From an uncultured Actinomycetota bacterium (lineage in GTDB: Bacteria; Actinomycetota; Actinomycetes; Streptosporangiales; Streptosporangiaceae): a DNA stretch of 64,000 bases. The translations under genes were made by a program, and so were the position numbers. The stretch is from the NCBI GenBank assembly GCA_963788895.1, contig CAWBJA010000018.1:40499-104498 (forward strand), written 5' to 3'. Position 1 is the first letter of the stretch. Every line of letters begins with the position of its first letter. A model generated the notes under the pieces. It was not told the DNA's origin. It was given only the letters and a program-made list of their open reading frames with translations, and ran no database searches. This document shows positions 39,808 to 49,564 of the stretch, in pieces.

Positions 39808-40755
39808 TCACAGGAGCCGGGTAATGTCGGCGAAGAGCCGTTCGGCGGCTTGTGCCGCGGCAGGTGAGACGGTGTCGAGGGTGAGGAAGCCGTGGATCAT
39901 CTTGGGCTCGCAGCGGTGCTGGACGGGCACTCCCGCGGCGGCCAGGCGGGCGGCGTACAGGTCGCCTTCGTCGCGCAGTGGGTCGTGCTCGGCGGTGATG
40001 ATGACGGCGGGGGGCAGCCCGCTGAGGTCGGTGGCGTGCAACGGGCTGACGTTGGGGTCTGCTCGCAGGGCCGGGTCGGGGACCCATAGCTCCGCGCCCC
40101 AGGCGACATCGTCGGCGGACAGGCCCCAGCCGGTCGCCTTCTCGGTGACGCTGGGCTGCGACAAGGTCAGGTCGGTGTTGGGGAAGGCCAGGACCTGGGC
40201 TGCGGGCAGGGGGGCGCCTTCGTCACGCAGTCGCAGGCAAGACAGCGCGGCCAGGTTCGCGCCGGAGCTGTCACCGGCGATGACGAGGGGGCGATCGGTC
40301 CCGGTCAGCTTCGCCTGGTGCTCGAAGGCCCACCGGACGGTATGGGTGACGTCCTCGACGGCTGCTGGCCACGGGTGCTCGGGGGCTCGCCGGACGTCCA
40401 CCGCGAGTACGGCTGCCTGTGTGCTGGCCGAAAGCCGGCGGCAGGCTCGGTCATGGGAGTCCAGATCGCCGATTGTCCACATGCCGCCATGCACGAATAC
40501 CACCAGCGGGCGGGGCCCGGACGCCGGCCGGTAGAGCCGCACCACAACGCCGCCCGGAACCACCAGGTCCTGCACTGCGGCCAGCTCGGGGCCACGGGGT
40601 CTGGCTTCGACTCGTTTGCGCTGGGCTTCCCGCAGTGCGGCCGGCCCCAGCTGCCGGGCGGACGGCCCTGGTGTTTCGCGCAGGCCTTCCACAAAGGCCG
40701 CTAGCTCAGCGTCAGCGAGCAGGCCGGCCAGCGAGTCAGACATCTGACCCAGCAT
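39808..40755 (-). CDS. alpha/beta hydrolase, hormone-sensitive-lipase-like esterase family
   Basis: Oxyanion motif VFVHGGMW (HGG type) and nucleophile elbow GDSSGANLA (GDSAG type); 315 aa. Confidence 0.8.
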   Translation of the reverse strand: MLGQMSDSLAGLLADAELAAFVEGLRETPGPSARQLGPAALREAQRKRVEARPRGPELAAVQDLVVPGGVVVRLYRPASGPRPLVVFVHGGMWTIGDLDSHDRACRRLSASTQAAVLAVDVRRAPEHPWPAAVEDVTHTVRWAFEHQAKLTGTDRPLVIAGDSSGANLAALSCLRLRDEGAPLPAAQVLAFPNTDLTLSQPSVTEKATGWGLSADDVAWGAELWVPDPALRADPNVSPLHATDLSGLPPAVIITAEHDPLRDEGDLYAARLAAAGVPVQHRCEPKMIHGFLTLDTVSPAAAQAAERLFADITRLL

Positions 40756-40759
40756 GCCA

Positions 40760-40988
40760 CTTGCGGCCGCTGTTGCCAGCCAGGTCCCCGGCGTGCTCGG
40801 CGATCGTCCAGCAGTTCTTCCGGCAGGTCAGCCAGCAGCCCCCGCACGAACGCCGCCGCCCGCCGCCTTGGCTCCACCCGGCCGAACCGGCCCGCGATCC
40901 GGCCCATCAGATCATCGAGCAGCCTCTGCCAGCGAGCAGGATCTACGCTATGGCACGCGGCCATCGCGAGATCTTCATGAGTTGTCAC
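40760..40988 (-). pseudogene. N-terminal fragment of an IS701-like DDE transposase
   Basis: ...ARWQRLLDDLMGRIAGRFGRVEPRRRAAAFVRGLLADLP is followed, after a frame slip, by KNCWTIAEHAG. This is the typical IS701-family N-terminus, and it is cut off at the esterase start. Confidence 0.45.
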
Positions 40989-41109
40989 AAACCAGGTTGA
41001 TCAAGCGGTGGCCGCGTCACGTCCAGCACCGCCACGCCGCAAGATCATGAATGTGCATGCCGTGGACGCTGGCCGGTAACGCGCGGCGGCGGTCCAGAAA
41101 AGGGAAGCC

Positions 41110-41451
41110 ATGGTGAGCCGGATCGAGGAACTTGAGGCACGGCTGGACACGCTGACTACCGTGATCCTGCCGCCCGTGCGAGCGTCAAAGCACGTCGACC
41201 ACCTTGCACTCGACAACCTGAACATGCTTGTCGACGACCTGATCAGGGAACTCGGAGGCTCACCCGCGATCCCGCGCCGCCTCGCCGGGAAACTGTGGTT
41301 CATCTTCACCCAGATGCTCACCGAAGCAGACCATTCAAGATCACCCGGAGAGATCTTGAGCAGAGCATGGAGCTACCAGGAGCAACTGAGGAAGCTATTC
41401 GGCCCCTGGTTCGGGCAAGGAGAACCAACTCCCGGAGTGCCAAGATACTGA
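41110..41451 (+). CDS. hypothetical protein (113 aa) in a low-GC patch
   Basis: The ORF has an ordinary amino-acid composition (MVSRIEELEARLDTLTTVILPPVRASKHVDHLALDNLNMLVDDLIRELGG...). I recognise no family. Confidence 0.4.
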   Translation: MVSRIEELEARLDTLTTVILPPVRASKHVDHLALDNLNMLVDDLIRELGGSPAIPRRLAGKLWFIFTQMLTEADHSRSPGEILSRAWSYQEQLRKLFGPWFGQGEPTPGVPRY

Positions 41452-41668
41452 CTGGCGGCACCCCAGCGCGCCGCAACCCAGACCACTACCGCGACGGACT
41501 CCACCGTGCCGCAGACCACCAAGCTGAGCGACATCACAATCTCCTGCTGGAGTACTAGGTGCTGGTGTTCGTGCTGGTCAGGGGCTGGCAGGGGTGAGCT
41601 GGTGAGCTTCCCCCCGTAGCACGACACCCGACCTGACGTGACCACCGATCACCAGGAAGGATGTCCTG

Positions 41669-41746
41669 ATGCCTGCACCACACCCCCCGGAGTTCCGGCA
41701 GCGTGCCGTGGAACTCGCCCGCCAGGGCACCACACCGGTTTCCCGG
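41669..41746 (+). pseudogene. N-terminal stub of an IS3-family OrfA transposase
   Basis: MPAPHPPEFRQRAVELARQG matches the usual IS3 OrfA start. The similarity is lost after about 25 codons. Confidence 0.4.
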
Positions 41747-41754
41747 AAGCACTG

Positions 41755-42105
41755 TTATGCGGCGGCGCTCGGGGTGGTGTCGCTGACAGGCAGTCGTACG
41801 GTTCGGTCGCCGAAGTCGGCGACTAGGTCTAGACGCCCTCCCAGGGCCTCTACGTACCGGGCGATGACCTCAAAGGAGGTCACCTCGCCGTGCTCGATCT
41901 GGGACACGCGGGCTACGCTCACGCCCATCGCGCTGGCGATGCTTCTTTGCGCCAGGCCCAGGTGCTTGCGGGTCTCGGCGAGCTGGTGCCCGCGGGCCAG
42001 GGCGAGCAGCTGGCGTGCCCCTGCCTCGATCTCGCCGGGGGAGACGCCGGCCGCGTGAAGTTCCCGCTCTAGGGTTTCCCAGTCCTGCGGGGTGCGCTTC
42101 GGCAT
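41755..42105 (-). CDS. XRE-family HTH antitoxin (HigA-like)
   Basis: 116 aa. The HTH is KHLGLAQRSIASAMGVSVARVSQIEHGE. It starts 5 bp downstream of the toxin gene stop. Confidence 0.7.
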   Translation of the reverse strand: MPKRTPQDWETLERELHAAGVSPGEIEAGARQLLALARGHQLAETRKHLGLAQRSIASAMGVSVARVSQIEHGEVTSFEVIARYVEALGGRLDLVADFGDRTVRLPVSDTTPSAAA

Positions 42106-42110
42106 ATTCC

Positions 42111-42473
42111 TTACTCCTGGTCTTCGGCGGTGTAGTCGAGGTACAACTGCTCGGCGAGCGGGATGTTCTCGCGGTACCACCGCTGCCAGTTGCCGGCCTT
42201 GTCGCCGCCGAGCAGCAGCAGCGCCGACCGGGCGGGGTCGAACGCGAAGATGATCCTTATCTCGGACCGGCCTCGCGATCCGGGACGCAGTTCCTTCAGG
42301 TGGTGAATCCTGGCGCTCTTGAGCCGGTCTACAAGGGGACGGCCGAGCGTCGGCCCCTCCTCGCGCAGGGCCGCGACCGCCTGGGCCACCTGGACCGCCG
42401 ACCCGAGATCCTCCTTGATCAGCAAGGTGAACCACTCGGCATACTCGTCAGTGACCTTCACCGCCCAAGCCAA
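42111..42473 (-). CDS. RelE/ParE-superfamily toxin, HigB / Gp49-like
   Basis: 120 aa. The segment IHHLKELRPGSRGRSEIRIIFAFDPARSALLLLGGDK fits the ELR...iRiiF...vlL..gdK toxin pattern. Toxin-first gene order, as in higBA. Confidence 0.7.
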   Translation of the reverse strand: MAWAVKVTDEYAEWFTLLIKEDLGSAVQVAQAVAALREEGPTLGRPLVDRLKSARIHHLKELRPGSRGRSEIRIIFAFDPARSALLLLGGDKAGNWQRWYRENIPLAEQLYLDYTAEDQE

Positions 42474-42775
42474 GCAACCCTCCTGAATTCAAGGCACAGC
42501 TTAACTTTAGTTGCCGATGCTACCTGATGCAACCGAAGGGCACGGCAGACTCGCCCGGCAACTCAAGCGCCCCAGCAGCGAGGCCGATGGCATCACCGAA
42601 CCCGCCGAAGCTTCCGTAGCGAGCGGCGACGCCAACGACGTCCGGGCCCGCACCGACCATGCGCGGGTCGCTGAATGCCGCAATCATCGGCATCGCCCAG
42701 ATTCGCCATTCTGCGTGGCCAGGACCGCAGGCAAGTGGCACTCTGGGCCGATCAGAGCGGCGGATTGGACGTTTA

Positions 42776-43125
42776 TGCCACTCGACGTTACCTGGGCGTC
42801 CCAGCAGGTGGTGCATCCGACCGAGGCGAGGAATCCGAATACCGTGTCGAAGGCGTACCGGGAGCTGGAGACCAAGGGCCTCGCGGTCGGGCGTCCCGGC
42901 CAGGGGACGTTCATCGAGGCCACGCTCAGTCAGGTGGCGCTGCCCGAGCTCACCGAGCTCCGGCGCGCTCTTATCTCCTGGGTGGCAGCCGCGGATGCAG
43001 CGGGGCTCGACGACGACGCGATCGCAGCGCTCGTCGCGAGCGTGCTGCGGGAGGTCCGTGACCGCCGGGAGGGTACTGCCGGCCGGCGTGGCGCGGCGCG
43101 CGGCGAGGCGGAGGGGGCGGCATGA
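42776..43125 (+). CDS. GntR (YtrA-like) family regulator, N-terminal wing/HTH apparently truncated or degenerate
   Basis: NPNTVSKAYRELETKGLAVGRPGQGTFIE aligns with the intact paralog at 61571 (NAATVLKAYRELEMSGLAESRQGSGTFV). About 35 residues of the upstream HTH are missing. Confidence 0.5.
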
Positions 43126-44039
43126 ACGTCATCGAGACCCGTGCCCTCGCCAAGTCCTACGGCTCGACCCGGGCACTGCGCGACTGCACGCTGGCGATCC
43201 CCGAGGGGCATGTGGTCGCGCTCGTCGGGCCGAACGGCGCCGGGAAGTCGACCTTGCTGAATCTCGCGGTCGGGCTGGCCACGCCGAGCGCTGGCGAGGT
43301 GACGGTGCTCGGCGGGCTCGCCGCCGGTTCGCCGCCGGCCCTCGACGGGATCGCGTTCGTGGCGCAGGACACGCCGCTGTTCAAGAACCTGTCGGCGGCT
43401 GACCTGATCCACATGACCCGCAACCTCAATCTCCGTTTCGACCAGGGATACGCCGAGCATCGCCTGGGCGAGCTCGGCATCGGCCTGCGGCAGAAGGCGG
43501 GGAAGATGTCGGGCGGCCAGCAGGCCCAGCTCGCGCTGACACTGGCGCTGGCCCGCCGCCCGCAGCTGCTCGTGCTTGATGAGCCGATGGCGATGCTCGA
43601 TCCGCTCGCCCGGCATGACTTCATGGCCACGGTGATGACGGCAGTCGCGGACGACGGCGTCTCGGTGGTGCTGTCGTCCCACGTCCTCGCGGAACTCGAG
43701 CGGGTCGCTGACTATCTCGTGCTCGTCTCACGCGGGCGCGTTCAGGTCGCGGGGGAGGTGAACGATCTTCTCGCCACCCATCGTGTGCTCACCGGCCCGG
43801 CAGCACAGGCCGGGCGGCATGTGCACCACTGGGACGTCGTGCACGCCAGCCGGGCCGCCCCGCTCGCCGAGGTGCTCGTCCGCGGTCATGTCGCCTGCGA
43901 GCCGATGCCGCCCGGATGGCAGGCCCATTCGCTCACCCTCGAGGAGCTGACCCTTGCCTACCTGCGCGAGCCGGACGCCGCGGCGCTGCCCGGCCCAGCG
44001 CGCACACAGTCGCCCGACGCGAAGGAGGCAGCGAAGTGA
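43122..44039 (+). CDS. ABC transporter ATP-binding protein
   Basis: Walker A GPNGAGKST, signature MSGGQQ, Walker B LLVLDEP. The start overlaps the stop of the regulator gene. Confidence 0.9.
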   Translation: MNVIETRALAKSYGSTRALRDCTLAIPEGHVVALVGPNGAGKSTLLNLAVGLATPSAGEVTVLGGLAAGSPPALDGIAFVAQDTPLFKNLSAADLIHMTRNLNLRFDQGYAEHRLGELGIGLRQKAGKMSGGQQAQLALTLALARRPQLLVLDEPMAMLDPLARHDFMATVMTAVADDGVSVVLSSHVLAELERVADYLVLVSRGRVQVAGEVNDLLATHRVLTGPAAQAGRHVHHWDVVHASRAAPLAEVLVRGHVACEPMPPGWQAHSLTLEELTLAYLREPDAAALPGPARTQSPDAKEAAK

Positions 44040-45091
44040 CGACGGCTGCAACGTCTTCCGTGCCCCGCCGGGAGGAGGCCCGTGCACGGCGGGTTCCGTG
44101 GCGGCGGATGGCGTGGGTGATCTGCCGCCAGCACCGGCTCGCGATCGCCGGTGTGCTCGCGCTGTTCGCCGCGGCGGCACTGGTTGTGGTCGTCGAAGGC
44201 GTCCAGCTCCATCACGCGTACGCTGCGGTCACCGCCTGCCGACCGGCGGGCTCGGGAGCCTGCCAGCAGGCAGTGAGCAACTTCTCCGACGACTACTCCG
44301 CCACTGCGGGAATCGCTGCGGCTTTGCTCCAGTCGGTGCCGGCGCTGATCGGCGCGTTCGCGGGGGCACCGTTGCTCGCGGGCGTGTTCGAGAGCGGCAC
44401 GTTCCGCTACGTGTTCACCCAGGGCTTCGGCCGCACCCGGTGGGCTACGGCGAAACTCGTGTCGCTCGGCGTGGTAGTGGCGGTCGCGGCCGGGGCGTTC
44501 AGCCTGGTGTTCTCGTGGGCCTACGGACCGCTCCTGGGCATGAAGGGCTACGGCTACAGCTCGCTCTACCCGCTGTTCTTCGACCTGCGGGGCATCGCGC
44601 TCGCCGCCTGGACGCTCGCCGCATTCGCCATCGGCGCGCTCGCGGGCGTGCTGATCCGCCGGGTCCTGCCCGCGATGTTTGCCACGCTTGCCGCGTGGTC
44701 GGGACTCGTGCTCGCGACGGCGCTGCTCCTTCGCCCGCACTACCGGGGAGCGCTCCAGACCACCAACCCGGACATCGGGCCGCCCGCTCAGGTCATCAGC
44801 CAGTGGTGGACACTGCACGGCAACCCCGCCGGCCTGCCCGCGCTCAGCACCGCCCTCAGACCGGTCGATGTGCGCGTGGTGACCTCGGGAGTCTTCCAGC
44901 CCGGCCCGTCCACACCGGCCAACTTCGATCCCGTTCACTACCTCCTGGCGCACGGCTTCAGCCTGGTCGCGCGCTACCAGCCCGGCAGCTGGTTCTGGCC
45001 CTTCCAGTGGATCGAGGGCACATGGCTGCTAGTGCTCTCCGTGCTCCTCGGCGCCTCGGCCATCTGGCTGGTCCGACGACGGGCGACCTAG
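44036..45091 (+). CDS. ABC-2 type transporter permease
   Basis: GTGA overlap with the ATPase stop, SD GAAGGAGG, and multiple TM segments. Confidence 0.7.
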   Translation: MTTAATSSVPRREEARARRVPWRRMAWVICRQHRLAIAGVLALFAAAALVVVVEGVQLHHAYAAVTACRPAGSGACQQAVSNFSDDYSATAGIAAALLQSVPALIGAFAGAPLLAGVFESGTFRYVFTQGFGRTRWATAKLVSLGVVVAVAAGAFSLVFSWAYGPLLGMKGYGYSSLYPLFFDLRGIALAAWTLAAFAIGALAGVLIRRVLPAMFATLAAWSGLVLATALLLRPHYRGALQTTNPDIGPPAQVISQWWTLHGNPAGLPALSTALRPVDVRVVTSGVFQPGPSTPANFDPVHYLLAHGFSLVARYQPGSWFWPFQWIEGTWLLVLSVLLGASAIWLVRRRAT

Positions 45092-45831
45092 GCACACCGG
45101 GAACGGAACGGGGGCATCGATCGCCAGGCGTGCGCAGATCGCCCACTCTGGTGCCCGGCAGCGATCACGCCTTCCAGACAAGGAACCGCCCATAACGGCG
45201 GCTACGTGCGCGCCTCCACCATGGAACGCCCTCATACCAGGTAATCGCGCTGGCCGCCACCGGGCAGCTCGGCATGGCCGCCGCTGGGCAGATCCGGCTG
45301 CCCGTCGTCAGCCGCGTGCCGTCGTTAACGGTCAGGGCAGCAGTCTCCCGCATCGGGCACCAGCCGCTCGTCACCTCCTGTCGCGTGGCCGATCGTGAGT
45401 TGAACCGGATGCGCTGGCTTGATACCTGTGACGGAGTTGAGCGTCCATCGGTGGTCAGAAACCTAAGGCAGACCGACGCAGGTTCATCGCTGTCCTCGCA
45501 CCCGGCAGACGATCGCGTGCGGATCGTGTCGTTGAAGTGCTGCACGCGACTCAAGGCCGCCGGAAGTCTTTGCACCACGATTCTGGCTAGCCGGCGTACG
45601 AGTTACGTGCAGTACAGGTCACACGCGGCCCGGCACGGCACGGCACCGCCCGCGCGGCCCGGCTCGCCGGGCATGTCCGCCCCGCAGCTGGACACCCGCC
45701 CCCGGTTCCAGCGTCGTTTCAGCGTCGTTTCAGCGCTGTGTTCTAGCGTGCAGCGTCATCAGGCACTACCGAAGCTGGCGCCGCGATCGGCGTGACAGCC
45801 GGCGGCCCGGCGGGCGGCAAGGACGAAGGGG

Positions 45832-46401
45832 ATGGCGATGAGACTGCGCAGACTGGCGCTTGTGCTGGCGGCCGGTGTGCTGGCGGCCGGGATGAGCGCC
45901 GGCACCGGCGGGACGGCACAGGCGGCGACGGCCGACCTGGTGTCGCCAAGCCCTGGTTCCACGGGCGCCTGGTACGAGATCTATGCACCGCTGATCAACC
46001 ACTCCAGCTTCTACCAGTGCCTGGATGTGCCGTACGCGTCCGTTCAGCCCTATCAGGCCGTACAGGCGTATCACTGTCATGGCTACGATTCCAGCGGCGC
46101 CAACCAGCGCTGGAAGTTCTGGCCGAACGGTGACGGCACGTACCAGATCCAGAACGTGAACAGCCAGCTGTGCCTGGAAGCCTTCGTGTTCGGGGTTCCG
46201 CCGGTCTGGCAGTACTACTGCGACGGGTTGCAGGATGAGCGCTGGCGGATCATTTCCGGAATCGGCGGCCAGTTCGAGCTGACCATCCTGACGTCGCCCG
46301 GATATTGCCTGGCCGTGCACAACGTCTCAGGCGATTCGAGCGCTGTCTGGCTCCAGCCCTGCAACCCGGGCGGCGCCCTGCTGACCTGGCAGCTCGGCTA
46401 G
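45832..46401 (+). CDS. secreted ricin-type beta-trefoil lectin domain protein
   Basis: Signal peptide MAMRLRRLALVLAAGVLAAGMSAGTGGTAQA. Three Q/E-x-W-type subrepeats (NQRWKF, DERWRI, LTWQL) with conserved Cys. Confidence 0.7.
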   Translation: MAMRLRRLALVLAAGVLAAGMSAGTGGTAQAATADLVSPSPGSTGAWYEIYAPLINHSSFYQCLDVPYASVQPYQAVQAYHCHGYDSSGANQRWKFWPNGDGTYQIQNVNSQLCLEAFVFGVPPVWQYYCDGLQDERWRIISGIGGQFELTILTSPGYCLAVHNVSGDSSAVWLQPCNPGGALLTWQLG

Positions 46402-46596
46402 CACCGGACACGGCCGGCCCGGCATCTGGTGGCGGCCACCATATTCGAGGCCCGGTCGCGTCGGCAACCTCGCCTCGCCAGGTACTTCGTGGTAACGATC
46501 TCACGCCTTGTAACCACCACCATTAAAGATCTTTAGCTCGTAACTCCACGATCAGCAACGCTGCTGACGATCCGCCGGGATGGCCGTGGAGTGATG

Positions 46597-47211
46597 TCAG
46601 AGCACCGAGAAGCCCGCGGGCAGGCCCGGCCGGCCGGTGACAGCAAGCAGCAGCGGGCCGGCCAGGCCATCAGCGACGGCGAGGTCGGCAACGATGGTCA
46701 GCGCCTGCGCGGCGGCGGCTGCGGGGACTTTCGGGGGCACGCCGAGCACTATGGCGAGATCGGCGGTATGGACGGCCAGTTCGAACGTCCGCGTGGGAAG
46801 ATAGTCCGCCAGCCTCATGCCGCCGGCGATCGTCATCACCAGTGTTCCGCCGTCCTGGGTATCTACCAGCGCCACAACGCGTGCGGCGATCTGCGCCACC
46901 GCGGCAGCGGGATCGCTGCCCAACGCGGTCCCGGCGTCGCGTCCACGGGCTGCGACAGCGGGCTGGGCGGCCGCCGCGCGCGTCGCCCGGAAATAATCGG
47001 CGGCGGAAGCGACCTCAGCGGCTGGAGCAGGGCGAGCAAGGTAGCTCTCGACCGTCAGCAACGCGCGACTGGTGTGGCCGACCAGGGAGCGCACATCCCA
47101 CTCGCCCAGGCCCGGCCGGTCCCACCGGTCACCTGCAAGGGCCGCCGTCCGCACGAACCACCCCGCGGCATCGGCGAACGCCGTGCAGGAGTTGTCCCAC
47201 GAAAAGGTCAT
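46597..47211 (-). CDS. DinB / mycothiol-dependent maleylpyruvate isomerase N-terminal domain family protein
   Basis: 204 aa. The segments WDRPGLGEWDVRSLVGHTSRAL and TFELAVHTADLA fit the MDMPI_N / TIGR03083 pattern. The remainder of the 462-aa track ORF is a shadow of the next gene. Confidence 0.65.
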   Translation of the reverse strand: MTFSWDNSCTAFADAAGWFVRTAALAGDRWDRPGLGEWDVRSLVGHTSRALLTVESYLARPAPAAEVASAADYFRATRAAAAQPAVAARGRDAGTALGSDPAAAVAQIAARVVALVDTQDGGTLVMTIAGGMRLADYLPTRTFELAVHTADLAIVLGVPPKVPAAAAAQALTIVADLAVADGLAGPLLLAVTGRPGLPAGFSVL

Positions 47212-47454
47212 GCACCCGAGGCTAGGCGCCCGGCGGACATAATGACCCTCGGGCACCGCCTGAAAGCCCATCCCGGCTTCAAGATCGCCGCGCCGAACGG
47301 CGGATAGTTCGTCGCGCTTTCCTGATCGGGTAGTCACATGGAGTGGTCTCTGGCCGTCGGGTGGCGCAGGTAGCCGTTGTCCCGGGCGGCAGTGGGATCG
47401 TTCCCCGCGCCGCGCGCTGTCCGCGGTGCCGGATACTGGACTGGGGAGGTCGCC

Positions 47455-48147
47455 ATGCTGGAGGAGTTCGCGGATCTGTCCACTGCGCTGGTGGCTGATG
47501 CGTGCGTGCGCTGTGGTATTCCGCTGCGGGCCGCCCATCCGGGAATCGGGGCGGTCGTGGCCGGCCAGCGGATCGCTGGGCGGGTCCTGCCGGTGCGGCA
47601 CTACGGCAGCGTGGACGTGTTCCTGGAGGCTTTCGGCCGGGCCGAAGCCGGCGACGTGCTGGTCATCGACAACGGCGGCCGCCTGGACGAGGCCTGTGTC
47701 GGCGACCTGGCGGTGCTGGAGGCCCGGGCCGCCGGGGTGGGGGGCCTGGTCGTGTGGGGCCTGCACCGCGACACCCCGGAACTCGCCGCGATCGGCCTTC
47801 CGGTCTTCAGCTACGGCAGTTACCCGGCCGGGCCGGTGCGGCTGGACGAGCGGGAGCCCGAGGCGCTGGTCACCGCGCGGTTCGGGTCGCACCTGGTCAG
47901 CGCCGGGGACACCGTCTTCGCCGATGACGACGGCGCGTTGTTCGTCGCGGCACAGCACGCCGGGCAGGTGCTGGCCGCCGCGCACCAGATCTGGCAGACC
48001 GAGCGGGACCAGGCCCGCTGGATCCGGGAAGGGCAGACACTGCGCGAGCAGACCGGTTTCGGTGACTACCTGGCCCGGCGCGCCACTGACCCGTCATACA
48101 CTTTCCGGCGGCATCTGCGCGGCATCGGCGGAGCCATCGAAGAATAG
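47455..48147 (+). CDS. RraA family protein (regulator of RNase E activity / 4-hydroxy-4-methyl-2-oxoglutarate aldolase family)
   Basis: LSTALVADACVRCG...GDVLVIDNGGRLDEACVGDLAVLEARAAGVGGLVVWGLHRD is the RraA-like pattern. SD GGGGAGG precedes the ATG at 47455. Confidence 0.7.
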   Translation: MLEEFADLSTALVADACVRCGIPLRAAHPGIGAVVAGQRIAGRVLPVRHYGSVDVFLEAFGRAEAGDVLVIDNGGRLDEACVGDLAVLEARAAGVGGLVVWGLHRDTPELAAIGLPVFSYGSYPAGPVRLDEREPEALVTARFGSHLVSAGDTVFADDDGALFVAAQHAGQVLAAAHQIWQTERDQARWIREGQTLREQTGFGDYLARRATDPSYTFRRHLRGIGGAIEE

Positions 48148-48607
48148 GATCTCCCGGGCGCCGGGCACCAGCCCGCTCAGGGCCTGGCGCCGGCCATAAA
48201 CCGCGCCGGATCACGCAGGCCGGATCCGGCGACGGCCATCTTCGGGCACCCGCGATGTGCGGCGACGGTCCGGGAAGATGCAGCCGGACGAGAGGCACCG
48301 TCATCCCGCCCGGCCGCGGGCTGCCAAGATCACTCGATGCCATCGTCTTGGCCGCTGCCCTCACACACAGTCGCAGCACAGCAGCAACCACGCTGCCGCT
48401 GACAGCCGCCCGGGAAACCCGCCCGCCAGCGGACTCAGAATGACCATCCGGGACCGCGTAGCTCGCCATTCCGGCCGGTCCGACCCAGCGCCAGATCGGC
48501 GGGACAAAACGACGACCGGGGACTCCGGTTTGTGAACGAGGGCCGGTAGGCTCGCGGTCGGCGCGGCGAGGTCGCGTCGTGACATGACGGATAGAGGACT
48601 TGAACTG

Positions 48608-48676
48608 ATGGCAACAGGAACCGTGAAGTGGTTCAACGCCGACAAGGGCTTTGGTTTCATCGCTCCCGATGACGGG
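48608..48676 (+). pseudogene. cold-shock protein (CspA family), first 23 codons only
   Basis: [23 protein letters not shown] is the canonical Csp N-terminus with the RNP1 motif. It ends 5 bp before the IS21 terminus at 48682. Confidence 0.65.
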
Positions 48677-48681
48677 ACGAC

Positions 48682-48702
48682 TGTCAACGGCCAAGTTGCG
48701 GT
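48682..48702. mobile_element. outer tip of the IS21 terminal inverted repeat, separated from the rest of IS21 by the ISL3 insertion
   Basis: Rejoining 48682-48702 to 54414 onward gives TGTCAACGGCCAAGTTGCGGTCCCCGCTGGTGGCCAGATAAAAGTCCCCATCCCTCG. This is an imperfect inverted copy of the right end that terminates at 56831. Confidence 0.6.
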
Positions 48703-48791
48703 GGCTCTGGCTCAATTGTCGTGAGGCGGTCTGCCCGGCGTGTCCGGTGGCGTCGTGATCATCATGTTTGTGATCATGCGGGGCGTGCGAT

Positions 48792-49436
48792 CTTGAGGTT
48801 CTCACCGTCCTGCTCCCGCACCTGGCCGGCCTGGCGTTCGAGGGTGCCGTCACTGCGGGCAGGTCGGTGCATGTGCTGGCCCGGGCCTGTGCCAGCGGGG
48901 CAGCCTGCCCGGGCTGCGGCGTGGTGTCGCGGCGGGTGCACAGCCGATATGAGCGGAGGCTGGCCGATACCGCGAGCGGCGGCCAGGAGGTGCTCATCTG
49001 CTTGCAGGCCCGCCGGTTCTTCTGCGGTAACGACGCGTGCGTGAAGGCTACGTTCGCGGAGCAGGTACCGGGCCTGACCACCCGCTATGGCCGGCGCACC
49101 CGCGGCCTGGATGGCGTGCTGCAGGCGGTCGCGCTGGCCCTGGGCGGCCGGGCCGGTGCCCGGCTCACTGGCCGGCTGGCCTGCTCAGCGAGCCGGTCCA
49201 CGCTGCTGCGTCTGATCCGTGCCGCGCCTGACCCTGATAGCGGGACCGTGCTGGTGCTGGGCGTTGATGACTTTGCCCTGCGCAGGGGGCATGTCTACGG
49301 CACCGTGCTGGTCGATATCGAGACCCGGCGGCCGGTGGACATCCTCCCGGAGCGGTCCGCGGAGTCCTTCCGGTCATGGCTGGACGCCCACCCGGGCACG
49401 GAGATCATCTGCCGGGACCGCGGTGGCTGCTACGCC
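48792..49436 (+). pseudogene. ISL3 family transposase, N-terminal part (interrupted; start codon unclear)
   Basis: ...[40 protein letters not shown]...[42 protein letters not shown]...[10 protein letters not shown] stops abruptly at 49436. Confidence 0.85.
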
Positions 49437-49564
49437 AACCCTCGGGAATTGCATCTGACGGGCGTGTTTTCGCTGGTCGCCTGATGAGGGGCGTTCCGCA
49501 ATAGCCGCGGGCCGCTGGTGAGCGATGCTGTCTGACCTCGCCGGTTGCGTGATGATCCCGTCTG

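Noticed and set aside
45165-45578. 137-aa minus-strand ORF between the ABC-2 permease and the lectin gene
   Set aside because: No recognisable motifs, mixed composition and no convincing start context. It is possibly a gene relic but cannot be supported.
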